Shown here: in pieces, positions 1 to 9,291 of the stretch
How positions within the stretch are numbered: the first letter of the stretch is position 1
How the letters are laid out: every line of letters begins with the position of its first letter
Program-made: the position numbers and the translations under genes
DNA from: an uncultured Sangeribacter sp.
Lineage (GTDB): Bacteria > Bacteroidota > Bacteroidia > Bacteroidales > Muribaculaceae
Reading direction: 5' to 3'
NCBI GenBank assembly: GCA_964398625.1
Contig: CAYNNV010000001.1
Location: 1 to 62,093, forward strand
DNA: 62,093 nt
Notes under the pieces: model-generated
Told to the model about the DNA's origin: nothing
The model's database searches: none
What the model saw: the letters and a program-made list of their open reading frames with translations, nothing else

Positions 1-107
1 TACAATTAGGAAATGAATGGTCTTTTTTATCCTACCATTTTACAATTAATCTCAAGTTTATAGTGTCACTTGATACAGCCTCTCTGATTAGTCAGACTCG
101 GTGGAAT

Positions 108-1400
108 TTAGAATTTCGTCATGGCACCTGCAAAGAGCACAATTCCGGTTGATTCCTCCCTTACGAGATATACAAACGGCCGGTTGATAATTACTTTTTG
201 TATATCGTGAATTCCCAGTGGCGCATTCATAAAAGAGCCTGCACCGGCTTCCGTACCTTCTTCATTTACTTTAATTTTTGCTGCATGAATACCGTGATTG
301 AGATAAAGCGCCATATCCTTTACAAAGTAATAAGAATCACTGTTAATTAGCTCGTACTTCTCAAGGATCTTGCGGAATTCCGGTGTTTCATTACACTCAA
401 ATTTAGGCATACTCAGCTTAATACCATATTGTATGTCTCTGGAATCCAGCAAGTCATTCACCTTTTCGGCTGTGAGGCGTTGCATCATCTCGTCAAAACT
501 GAGAATATCACTTTCGGCTATATCAATATTGTCGGGATAAAACAGCGTCATACTATAATTGCCGTTGCCATACGGAAGCGTGATGCAGTTTAGTCCATCA
601 ATACTACTAAACGGAAATGCTACATAAGGAAATACTTCTTCATTATACATATAATTGATCTCGGCTTCTGTCCCGTCAATATTATAAAAAGTACCTTCAA
701 ATGTGAGTTTAGAATCAAATTTGTTTTCCCATTCAGCCTTCAGGTAAGCTGTGTTAAGCAAGGCGAAATACGATGATTCCAATGGCTCCCTCAAAAAATT
801 ATCTATAAGACCGTAAGTCTTTTCATTCACAAATGTGTTGATGGCATTCATCCCTTCCACTCCATTGGGGTCGTGGCCTCCATCCTCAGCATTGAAATAG
901 GCTTTTATCACATTTTTGTACGGCTCATTAATTTCTAATCCATTTTGAATCCAATAAGAATTGCTAAACTCAAGTTTCACCTTCTCGGGATCGAGCTGAG
1001 GAAGAGCATTGACGATATGATAATTCAATTCATTAATCTCTTTAAGATCTGTATTTGCATCATATCCTAAAGCCATAAGAATCTTACTTTTCGCATTATC
1101 ATCAGCTCCATTTACTGCCATTGAGAGTGTTGAGAATATGCTTACGGGGCTGATTACCATATTTTTATTTTTGTCTTCATTGATTTCAAGCCCGGCATTC
1201 AGAAGTCTCAAAGCAAAATCAGTAGAACGATCTATATCTTGTTGAGAAATTGCATCTATATCGGGTTCGGGAAGCACAATCTCCTCGGCTACGGGAGTCT
1301 GCGGTTCGGCAGGTATAGGCTCGGGAGTGTCAGTCGTGCCGCATGAAGCTAACATCGCAGCAACAGCTCCAAATAAATAAATTCTTTTCTTCATATCCAT
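108..1400 (-). CDS. Serpin family lipoprotein
   Basis: Lipobox LASC; serpin motifs NMVISPVSI, LNTAYLKAEW, hinge EEGTEAGAGS, and INRPFVYLVRE...LFAG. Confidence 0.92.
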   Translation of the reverse strand: MDMKKRIYLFGAVAAMLASCGTTDTPEPIPAEPQTPVAEEIVLPEPDIDAISQQDIDRSTDFALRLLNAGLEINEDKNKNMVISPVSIFSTLSMAVNGADDNAKSKILMALGYDANTDLKEINELNYHIVNALPQLDPEKVKLEFSNSYWIQNGLEINEPYKNVIKAYFNAEDGGHDPNGVEGMNAINTFVNEKTYGLIDNFLREPLESSYFALLNTAYLKAEWENKFDSKLTFEGTFYNIDGTEAEINYMYNEEVFPYVAFPFSSIDGLNCITLPYGNGNYSMTLFYPDNIDIAESDILSFDEMMQRLTAEKVNDLLDSRDIQYGIKLSMPKFECNETPEFRKILEKYELINSDSYYFVKDMALYLNHGIHAAKIKVNEEGTEAGAGSFMNAPLGIHDIQKVIINRPFVYLVREESTGIVLFAGAMTKF

Positions 1401-1796
1401 AAGATTTTAAGATTAATACTTTGAGTTGTCGGCTGCTAATGTAAACAAAGTTTTTCAAAATCGCAAATATTTTGAAAACTATTTTTTCAAATCTGCGTCA
1501 GAAAGAATAGCAAAATGTCGATTTATAATAACAAAATGACAAGTTGTAAGGTTAATAAAAAGATTTTTATAGCTATAAAATTTACATAATTCAAGGAATT
1601 CGGATATTTTGCCGGCAATTTGCTATTGTCGTTTTGAGGATACTTTGAACTATACTTTCATTTTCTATTCCCGATAGGATTGGGGTGGAGACGAACTTTT
1701 TGTGTGACGGAGGCGTTTGACAAATAAGGAGATGGAAATCTGCCGTGTAATTTTTAATTGCTTCTTGCTTAATCATCAAATCTTTACTTATTAATT

Positions 1797-2237
1797 ATGA
1801 AAAAAATAGTTTCTCTGATTTTACTTGTGGCCTGTATAGCTATTCCTATGGCTGCTCGTGATAAAGTCTCCCGTGACATCAATGTGCTTCCAGCTGCTGC
1901 ACGCACTATGATTAATACTCATTTCGGCAAGACTGGGATAAATCATATTAAGATAGACAAAAAAACATTCGGAGGCGTGGAATACGACGTGATTCTCAAT
2001 AACGGTACTGAGATTGACTTCGACTCCAAAGGACAGTGGAAAGAGATAGACTGTGGATCCAATGCAGTGCCCTCTGCCTTGATTCTTAAGTCAATCAGTG
2101 ATTATGTGGCAAAGAACTACAAGGGCCAGAAGATTGTCAAGATAGAAATTGATAAAAATAAGTACGACATTGAGCTGCTTAACGGTGTAGATCTTGAATT
2201 TGACCGATCAGGTAAATTCTTGCGAGTGGATCGCTGA
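1797..2237 (+). CDS. PepSY-like / BLIP-like domain periplasmic protein
   Basis: Signal peptide; tandem repeats YDVILNNGTEIDFDSKGQW and YDIELLNGVDLEFDRSGKF. Confidence 0.85.
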   Translation: MKKIVSLILLVACIAIPMAARDKVSRDINVLPAAARTMINTHFGKTGINHIKIDKKTFGGVEYDVILNNGTEIDFDSKGQWKEIDCGSNAVPSALILKSISDYVAKNYKGQKIVKIEIDKNKYDIELLNGVDLEFDRSGKFLRVDR

Positions 2238-2259
2238 TACCGGAAATAAGTAGTAATCT

Positions 2260-2299
2260 ATAAAATATGCAACGCCCGTGAAAGCGTTGCATATTTTAT
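2260..2299. terminator. Bidirectional intrinsic terminator
   Basis: Perfect 16-bp inverted repeat ATAAAATATGCAACGC / GCGTTGCATATTTTAT between convergent genes. Confidence 0.85.
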
Positions 2300-2325
2300 T
2301 ATAACGTTGTTGACAAACGTGTATA

Positions 2326-3777
2326 TCAGCGGGTGATGATAATCTTGCGTGTCTGTGAGCCACGGCGCATTATGTAGATTCCCGGCTCGGAAGGGCGCGC
2401 AGCAATAGCCGTGCCGCCGAGAGTGAAATATTCTGCTTGTCCAAACGCTTCGTCAGCCTCGGGAATATCTGCGACCACTAATTCTGCTGTGAGATCCTGA
2501 TGCTCGTCAATCCATGCGGCATTATTTCGCAATGTGTTTTCAATGTTTAGTCCTGAGTCGGTTGTTAATGTCCAAACATCAATCTTAGTCCAGCGATCAT
2601 TGTTTGATTCAAAAGGCACATCCAAATCAATCATCCAATCCCGAAAGTCGGCTATTACTTCCTCAAGTTTGCCTGATCGGTAAAAAGCATTCCATTCCTC
2701 CCGAAATACCCTGTTGAATTCCGGATAAAGCATAGCGCGCGGTAGCCAGTGCATATCGGCAATGGAGGTGGTTGTGGGGTCAAGAGGGAGATAAGAAGTC
2801 TTATTAAAAGCACCGCAGGTGATGTCCCAAAGCGGGCCGCACTCCCATTTAGAGTCGTTGCCCTTATCACGGTGGATATAGAAAGAGCCGGAATAACCGT
2901 CGCTGTCATGAAAAAGTTCGCGCACAATGAAATAGCGTGCCAAAGATCGAAGGTCAAGTTTGTCAGCCCATTCCGGAGAGTCGAGAGGAGATTCATAAAG
3001 CTGTCGGTTAAGCTCTGAAAGCTCATCGGTTATCCATTCCAACTGTTCCTTTGAGAGCTCCTCGGGGCTTTTGAATGTGAAGCGAATTGAAAGGCTTGGA
3101 GTTTCCTCAAATTCTATCTGGGCATCATCATAGTAATTGTCAATCTCAATGAGCCAGCCATAAGGGATAATCTCTGAGTCGGTTGCGCCATCTTCCTGCT
3201 CGAATATGTTGAGGCGATCCTCAGCTATCTTTATAGTTTCGGTGAGGAAATATACTCCATCGTAACGGCCGTTAAGCACAAGTTCCACTGCCTTCATCCC
3301 GGGCTGCCAGCCCATTCCGAGCCGGCGCGCTATCTCAAAGCCGGTGTAGTTAGTTGCCCATTCGTTGCCGGCGCAGTAATGGGCCAGCAGAGCGAAGTGT
3401 TTGCTTGCAGGGAGACCGAGTATTGAGGTCTTTTTGCTAAATTTCAGCTTGTAGGGTTTCTTTACGTGCTGCCATGTAGTATTACCTCGACCGCGGATAG
3501 TCAGCTCTATCGGATCATCTTTCGATCCCAAGGCCTCCACACCTTCCAGACCGCAAGGGTCAAGATATAATCCTGCGGGAATCGGAGTGACCTTATCAAC
3601 TATAGGAGCAGCCTCTTCGGTGTTGATGTAGATTACCGGGAGCTTACCGCTTTGGAGAGAGGCAGGAAAATCATCGGACGTGCCTGCCGGGTCTATGTAT
3701 GGCTCCGTCTCTGACTGAGCGAGAATGGGAGAAAAAGAAAAGAATATTATTAATAAAAAAAGTGAAAAACGAGTCAT
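2326..3777 (-). CDS. CotH-family kinase with a T9SS-like C-terminal tail
   Basis: Signal peptide; RGRGNTTW, KKPYKLK, GVYFLTE, WLIEID, GPLWD; tail YFTLGG...PGIYI...TRKII. Confidence 0.85.
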   Translation of the reverse strand: MTRFSLFLLIIFFSFSPILAQSETEPYIDPAGTSDDFPASLQSGKLPVIYINTEEAAPIVDKVTPIPAGLYLDPCGLEGVEALGSKDDPIELTIRGRGNTTWQHVKKPYKLKFSKKTSILGLPASKHFALLAHYCAGNEWATNYTGFEIARRLGMGWQPGMKAVELVLNGRYDGVYFLTETIKIAEDRLNIFEQEDGATDSEIIPYGWLIEIDNYYDDAQIEFEETPSLSIRFTFKSPEELSKEQLEWITDELSELNRQLYESPLDSPEWADKLDLRSLARYFIVRELFHDSDGYSGSFYIHRDKGNDSKWECGPLWDITCGAFNKTSYLPLDPTTTSIADMHWLPRAMLYPEFNRVFREEWNAFYRSGKLEEVIADFRDWMIDLDVPFESNNDRWTKIDVWTLTTDSGLNIENTLRNNAAWIDEHQDLTAELVVADIPEADEAFGQAEYFTLGGTAIAARPSEPGIYIMRRGSQTRKIIITR

Positions 3778-3959
3778 AATCTCAATACAGTTATTTTTAT
3801 CCGGAAATTTCGAGATGCAAAGTTACACGCTGTAGATAAAATATGCAAATTATTAACTATTTATAACAATAATATGCTATTGTGAATTTTCTTTTGAATT
3901 TTCATGGGAAATGGAATGAAATGAACTGCAGTATATTTGTATGTGACGATAATAAATAG

Positions 3960-3967
3960 TAATTTTG
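3960..3967 (+). promoter_or_regulatory. Bacteroidetes -7 promoter element for the 3998-9144 operon
   Basis: TAATTTTG matches TAnnTTTG and lies 30 nt upstream of the ATG at 3998. Confidence 0.6.
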
Positions 3968-3997
3968 CGAAAATTGTAAGTCATTCATTATTTTAGT

Positions 3998-4663
3998 ATG
4001 AAAAAGATATTTATTACTCTATTGGCGTGTATGGCTCTTACAGCAATTGCGCCTCATGCTTCAGCCAGAGTCACAAAAGAGGAGCAGAAAGAATTGAAAA
4101 AAGCCGATAAGCAGAATCGTGCAGCTCTAAAAAGCAGCGTGGATAAAGCGGCTAAGAAAGAGGCTAAGAAATACCTGAAGGAGGGCTGGAAGGTGATGCC
4201 AGGAGCTTTACCCCTCGAGAAGCAGCTTGATCGCTCATATGTGATGCAAATGGATATCAACAGCGATGGGGAGCCTACCTACATCATGGGTGAAGGTATG
4301 TCAAACGGCAGAAGTTACGACGTGGCCAAAAATGCCGCTATCGTAGTTGCAAAGCAGAATATCATGCAGCAGATTGAGACAGCGATGACCGGCTCTACCG
4401 AGCTTCAGCTCGCCTCCGGCGACGGCCAGCAGATTGAAAATGTAATCACTGTAGCCAAGGGTATTCTCTCTCAGGAGCTTTCTCGCGTCACTCCCGTTAC
4501 CGAAATCTATCGCCAGAATAAGAACGGTTCTTACGATGTACTCGTAAGAGTGGCTTATTCTTCAGAAAAGATTCGTTCCACTTTCGAGCGCGCAGCTAAG
4601 GAGAAGCTCGGCGATCGTGCCGATAAGCTCCTTGAGCAGATTGACAAGATGTTTGAAGAATAA
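3998..4663 (+). CDS. Exported LPP20-like protein
   Basis: Signal peptide ending ASA; pattern GEGMS...AKNAA...AKQNIMQQIE resembles the LPP20 domain. Confidence 0.6.
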   Translation: MKKIFITLLACMALTAIAPHASARVTKEEQKELKKADKQNRAALKSSVDKAAKKEAKKYLKEGWKVMPGALPLEKQLDRSYVMQMDINSDGEPTYIMGEGMSNGRSYDVAKNAAIVVAKQNIMQQIETAMTGSTELQLASGDGQQIENVITVAKGILSQELSRVTPVTEIYRQNKNGSYDVLVRVAYSSEKIRSTFERAAKEKLGDRADKLLEQIDKMFEE

Positions 4664-4706
4664 ATAAAGGCCTGCTCTTCCTTTGTGTAATAAAAGGAGT
4701 GTCTGA

Positions 4707-5588
4707 GTGAATTCAAGGATATTCACAATTATTGCAACATTACTGATAGCTTTCCTTCCGGCGGTCGCTGCTGATTACGTGATTGCCGAAGGGAGCGCTA
4801 TTATTGTGGCTAATTATGGCGAAACCACTGAGGCGCTTAAGGCCCGTGCACTTGCCCAGGCAAAAAACAATGCCATTATCGGTAAGTTCGGTGAGCGCAA
4901 CGTATCATCCTCAACGCTGGTGATGACCAACGACATGACCAATACCCACAGCTCCTTTCAGTCGCAGGCTGCCGGTGAGTGGCTCGGTGATGTGGTGCCT
5001 CCCGAGTTCAAGATTTCAGGCGATGCCAATGCCGTGTCTGTGGAAGTGAAAGTCAAGGGTAAGATACGGAAAATACCCGACTCCCGTTTTGATACCGATG
5101 TGACACTGCTGCGCAACGGCACCGGCGATAACTTCAAGGGTGGTACTGAGTTTTTCGATAAAGACGATATATTCCTTAAGTTCGTCTCCCCGGTAGATTG
5201 CTATGTAGCGGTCTATCTATTAGACCCAAAATTTTCCTCCTGCCTCCTTCCATACTCAGGTCACTCAGGCGATGCCGTGTTTGTTCTTAACAATCTTCCC
5301 TATATCTTCTTCAGTAAGGATTACCCGTCAGGAAGAGTTGACCGACCCGGTGAGGGTGATCCATCTGCCGTGGCCACTTACTACCTGATGGCCGATGTGC
5401 AGGAGATAAATGAGCTTTATGTGATATATTCCAAAAAACCGTTTGTCAAGGCTCTTGACAGCAACAATGGAGTAGGATTGCCACGCCAACTTTCAGTTGA
5501 AGAATTCCAGAAGTGGCTCACTGAATTGCGCACTAAAATGCCCGAGGTGAATCTCAAGACTATCCAGTTTACCATATTTCCAAAGTAG
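4707..5588 (+). CDS. Exported DUF4384-domain protein with an FlgT_N/LPP20-like N-domain
   Basis: GTG start, signal peptide; AEGSA...KARALAQAKNNAI..KFG; C-domain FFDKDDIFLKFVSPVDCYVAVY...SCLLPY. Confidence 0.65.
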   Translation: MNSRIFTIIATLLIAFLPAVAADYVIAEGSAIIVANYGETTEALKARALAQAKNNAIIGKFGERNVSSSTLVMTNDMTNTHSSFQSQAAGEWLGDVVPPEFKISGDANAVSVEVKVKGKIRKIPDSRFDTDVTLLRNGTGDNFKGGTEFFDKDDIFLKFVSPVDCYVAVYLLDPKFSSCLLPYSGHSGDAVFVLNNLPYIFFSKDYPSGRVDRPGEGDPSAVATYYLMADVQEINELYVIYSKKPFVKALDSNNGVGLPRQLSVEEFQKWLTELRTKMPEVNLKTIQFTIFPK

Positions 5589-5624
5589 ATCAACAGTTAC
5601 CAACATAATAAATCAATATACCTG

Positions 5625-7565
5625 ATGCACTTTTTCACTTTTATTGAAAAGAACTCTTTCATACGCAAAAGCATAGCTCTGCTTCTTATTGCGGTGATGC
5701 TTTCATCTTGTTCGAGCCGTGTGGGCACTATTCAGATCAAAGGCTCACAATCTGTCCACGAGCCTATTACGATGACCATATACGGGAAGAAAGAGACAAC
5801 CGTGGAAAAAATCTCTCGCCTTCCGGTCACACTGCGTCTGGGATATGACAATGTACCGGCGCGAGTAACCTTCTCAAGCGAGTTGCACAACTTTTCCGAT
5901 GTCTACATAGATAAGCGATATACCGGAAGTCACAGCTCCAAATTCTGGAACCGTGGCGGTAACACGCTAATTACCCTCGGCGTGATTGCCGCAGCTGCCG
6001 GTGGCTTGGGTTATATTGATACCAGAAAAGAGGCGGAAAAAGCCGAAAACGATGAGAAGAAGCAGTTGCTCCCAAGCAGCGTAAACCGTACCCTCCTATA
6101 TGGAGGCGGCGGTGCTACGATACTCGGCATAATCTTCCGAGGCATAGGGAGCGCCCGCTCCAATGCTACGCTGTATGAGATGGAGCAGAAAAATTACGTC
6201 ACCCAAATTACCGACAATCTTGAACGCTTCGACGTATTCGCCAAAAATTATGTCACTTCGCGTCTTGACAAATGGCGCATGAAGAATGAATACGAATCCT
6301 CGGAAGTCTACGCCCGACGGGTGAATGCGTCGTCCATTAAAGAAAAGCAGGAAATGCTTCTTGATGAAGCAGTGGAAGAATTTATCAGAAGACAGAGCCC
6401 GCAAGATAAAATCACATACTCCATAAACCCTTACGACGCTGACAATCAGACTTTCCTTGTGACCTCAAATTACGGTAATCTCGTAGTGCCGGTGGCTGCG
6501 GCTTTTGCTAAGGAATTTAAAGACAATTTCCATAGTGGTGTCAAGAAGACACCCGCCTTCGGAGTTAACGAGAAGGATATTGTAGTGACTGAATGTAACT
6601 TCATAACTCCCTCCGGACGTATGTTCAGTGCCAATACTAACAATGCCGTGGCTTACAATGAGTTCCTCCAGAATCCGGCGCAGAAGGGCGTGAAAGTTGA
6701 CCTTAACCTCAATCAGGTCACATCATACGCCAACCGCAACAGCATAGGCAAAGCCTCTTACCAAGCAGTAGGTAATGATCGTGTTGACAGCGACATCCCT
6801 TCAGGCAAGAGCAATGAAGACCTCTATGTGGTAATCATCGGCAATGAGAATTATGACCCCGATACAAAAGTGAAGGATGTGCCCTTTGCCCATAACGATG
6901 CCAATATCTTCCGCCAATACTGCGAGAAGACTCTGGGAGTATCAAGCGACCATATTAAATTCTTCACCGATGCCACACGCAACAAAATGAACAGTGCCGT
7001 GAGCTGGCTTGGCAATTTTGTCAAAGCTGCTAATAATGCAGGCAGGGAGTCGAAGGTGATTTATTACTATGCCGGACATGGAGTGCCCGATATGGTAAAC
7101 AATAAGTCATACCTACTCCCGATTGACGGCTATCCCGATGACTTCAGCACAGCCGTCAAGCTCGATGATCTCTACAGCAGTCTTGCATCACTCGGTGCAG
7201 CAGAGTGTGTAGTCTTTCTTGACGCATGCTTCTCCGGTGTTGAAACCACCGATAATTCAAGAGCCGTAGGCCAGCATGTAGCACCGCAAGAGAAGCCCGT
7301 ATCAGGCAATCTCGTGGTTATTTCAGCGGCTTCCGACAAGCAGACATCCAATCCCTTTACCGATAAGAGCCACGGCATATTCACATACTATCTGCTCAAG
7401 AAACTCAATGAGGGAAAAGGTCGCGATAGTCTCGGTGAGATATTTGATTATCTAAGCCGAAATGTAAACCATACATCCATGGAGAAGTGGTCAAAACCAC
7501 AGACTCCTACCGTTAATCCGTCTCCCGGATTAGAAGGTTGGAGAGATATGCGTCTTGTGAAGTAA
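5625..7565 (+). CDS. Caspase-family (peptidase C14) lipoprotein
   Basis: Lipobox LSSC; VVIIGNENY, YYAGHG (H485), FLDACFSG (C535), HGIFTYYLL, QTP. Confidence 0.88.
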   Translation: MHFFTFIEKNSFIRKSIALLLIAVMLSSCSSRVGTIQIKGSQSVHEPITMTIYGKKETTVEKISRLPVTLRLGYDNVPARVTFSSELHNFSDVYIDKRYTGSHSSKFWNRGGNTLITLGVIAAAAGGLGYIDTRKEAEKAENDEKKQLLPSSVNRTLLYGGGGATILGIIFRGIGSARSNATLYEMEQKNYVTQITDNLERFDVFAKNYVTSRLDKWRMKNEYESSEVYARRVNASSIKEKQEMLLDEAVEEFIRRQSPQDKITYSINPYDADNQTFLVTSNYGNLVVPVAAAFAKEFKDNFHSGVKKTPAFGVNEKDIVVTECNFITPSGRMFSANTNNAVAYNEFLQNPAQKGVKVDLNLNQVTSYANRNSIGKASYQAVGNDRVDSDIPSGKSNEDLYVVIIGNENYDPDTKVKDVPFAHNDANIFRQYCEKTLGVSSDHIKFFTDATRNKMNSAVSWLGNFVKAANNAGRESKVIYYYAGHGVPDMVNNKSYLLPIDGYPDDFSTAVKLDDLYSSLASLGAAECVVFLDACFSGVETTDNSRAVGQHVAPQEKPVSGNLVVISAASDKQTSNPFTDKSHGIFTYYLLKKLNEGKGRDSLGEIFDYLSRNVNHTSMEKWSKPQTPTVNPSPGLEGWRDMRLVK

Positions 7566-7575
7566 AGAATCGCCT

Positions 7576-9144
7576 ATGACTCCTACGCGCTTACTGACCG
7601 CCCTGCTGCCGGCTATGGTGCTTATCCTCTTTGCCCCGGCTTCATCGTTCGCTCGACCGGATACGCCGCGCGAGCGTATGGAGGCTGTAAAGGCTCAAGC
7701 CAAAGCTCGCCATAAAGAGGCTAAGAACCGATCCAAAAAGATGATGGACGACGCCCGCTCAAGAGCTAATGCATTGTTTGCAGAGACGCTACGAAAAAGC
7801 TGGCAGGAACGCGATTCGGAAGCGCCGGTGGTAAGACCTGATGATAAACCCGTAGTCGTGCCTCCACCGCCTCCGCAAGTAGAGCCGGTGGAGACGCGCC
7901 CCGTGGTCATTGAAGAGGTGGTGAAGCTTCCGTCACTCCTTCCCGACCTCGACCCGATCTTTGAAATCTCACTCGACGATATCTCGCTCCCGCCTCTCGT
8001 AACTAACCCGGATGTAGCCCCGAAGCCTGACGTTAAGCCCGTGGAGAAGCCCGTATCACCGGCCTCTACAGTGACTGTTGACTTCTTCGGCACTAATCTC
8101 ACATTGCCGAAGATAACCTCAATTTCTGCTCCTGCCGGTACTTCGGAAGAAGCCATAGCCTCGGCTTGGACGAAGATGTCGGCCTCTATTCCGGCAAGTG
8201 TGCCGGCAGCGCTTCAGAACGCTCGGCGTGAGCTTGACCTCTGCGACTGGGCCTGTCTCCTCCTTGCCCGTAAGTATGCAGAAACCACCGGAAATATATC
8301 AGACAATCGTGTTGCACTCCTGTTTACTTGGCTCATGTCGCAAGCCGGATATGATGTGCGGTTAGGTCGCTCCGGCAGTCGCCTTGTGCCTCTTTTCGCA
8401 TCGGAATACCTCATTTATCAGCATCCATACTTCTCCATTGGGGGGAAGCGCTATTACCCACTCGACCGTCAGACCGGGTCTATGGCAATATGTCAGCAGT
8501 CATTCACCGGCTCCCGGCCGTTGTCCATGACCGTAGGAAAAAGAATGAACCTTACTCCCTCTCCTTCAGCGCCGCGCTCGCTTGAAGCGCGTGGCATAGA
8601 AGCCAAAGTAGTTACTGACCGTAACCTTATAGATTTCTACGCCCAATTTCCCGCTTCACAATACTCAGACTCCGAGGAAAGCAGATGGGCTATACTTGCC
8701 GCCACACCACTTTCCGAATCCGCTCGCAACTCGCTTTATCCGGTACTTAACGATGCTATAAAAGGAAAGAATAAGGCCGAAGCTGTCAATATAATACTCC
8801 GCTATTTACAGCATGGACTCTTATACAAATATGATGAAGAGATATGGGGGCAGGATCGTGCATTCTTCCCCGAGGAGACACTCTACTATCCTTACGCTGA
8901 CTGTGAGGACAGAGCCGCGCTGTTTGTGCGGCTCGTCAAAGACCTTACCGGGCTGCCGGCGGCGCTTGTTGTTTATCCGGGGCATGTAGCTGCCGCAGTA
9001 GCATTTCCTACTCATGAAGAGGGTGACTATCTCACCATTTCCGGTCGTCGATTCTTGATATGCGACCCCACATATATTGGAGTAGGCATAGGAGTATCCA
9101 TGCCCGATCTCCGCAATCAGCCCGTAAAAGTAGTGGAAGTCTAA
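7576..9144 (+). CDS. Exported transglutaminase-like (papain-fold) protein with a Pro-rich linker
   Basis: Signal peptide; ADCEDRA (C443), YPGHVA (H470), ICDPTY (D497). Confidence 0.75.
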   Translation: MTPTRLLTALLPAMVLILFAPASSFARPDTPRERMEAVKAQAKARHKEAKNRSKKMMDDARSRANALFAETLRKSWQERDSEAPVVRPDDKPVVVPPPPPQVEPVETRPVVIEEVVKLPSLLPDLDPIFEISLDDISLPPLVTNPDVAPKPDVKPVEKPVSPASTVTVDFFGTNLTLPKITSISAPAGTSEEAIASAWTKMSASIPASVPAALQNARRELDLCDWACLLLARKYAETTGNISDNRVALLFTWLMSQAGYDVRLGRSGSRLVPLFASEYLIYQHPYFSIGGKRYYPLDRQTGSMAICQQSFTGSRPLSMTVGKRMNLTPSPSAPRSLEARGIEAKVVTDRNLIDFYAQFPASQYSDSEESRWAILAATPLSESARNSLYPVLNDAIKGKNKAEAVNIILRYLQHGLLYKYDEEIWGQDRAFFPEETLYYPYADCEDRAALFVRLVKDLTGLPAALVVYPGHVAAAVAFPTHEEGDYLTISGRRFLICDPTYIGVGIGVSMPDLRNQPVKVVEV

Positions 9145-9291
9145 CCGCAACCTTTACTTATACTCATACTTGTATAGCTGCGGTTAATACTCTATGAGTC
9201 TAAGCGGAGCAATGGTATCGTTACCGGCAGCCGGAGCTCAGCGCACCCCCGACAATTATTAACCGGACAGAGAATTATTTCCTGCCGGCTG

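Noticed and set aside
1591-1779. 62-aa intergenic ORF, along with 10960-11295 and the many short antisense or nested ORFs in the track
   Set aside because: No recognisable motifs or expression signals; they overlap promoters or well-supported genes.
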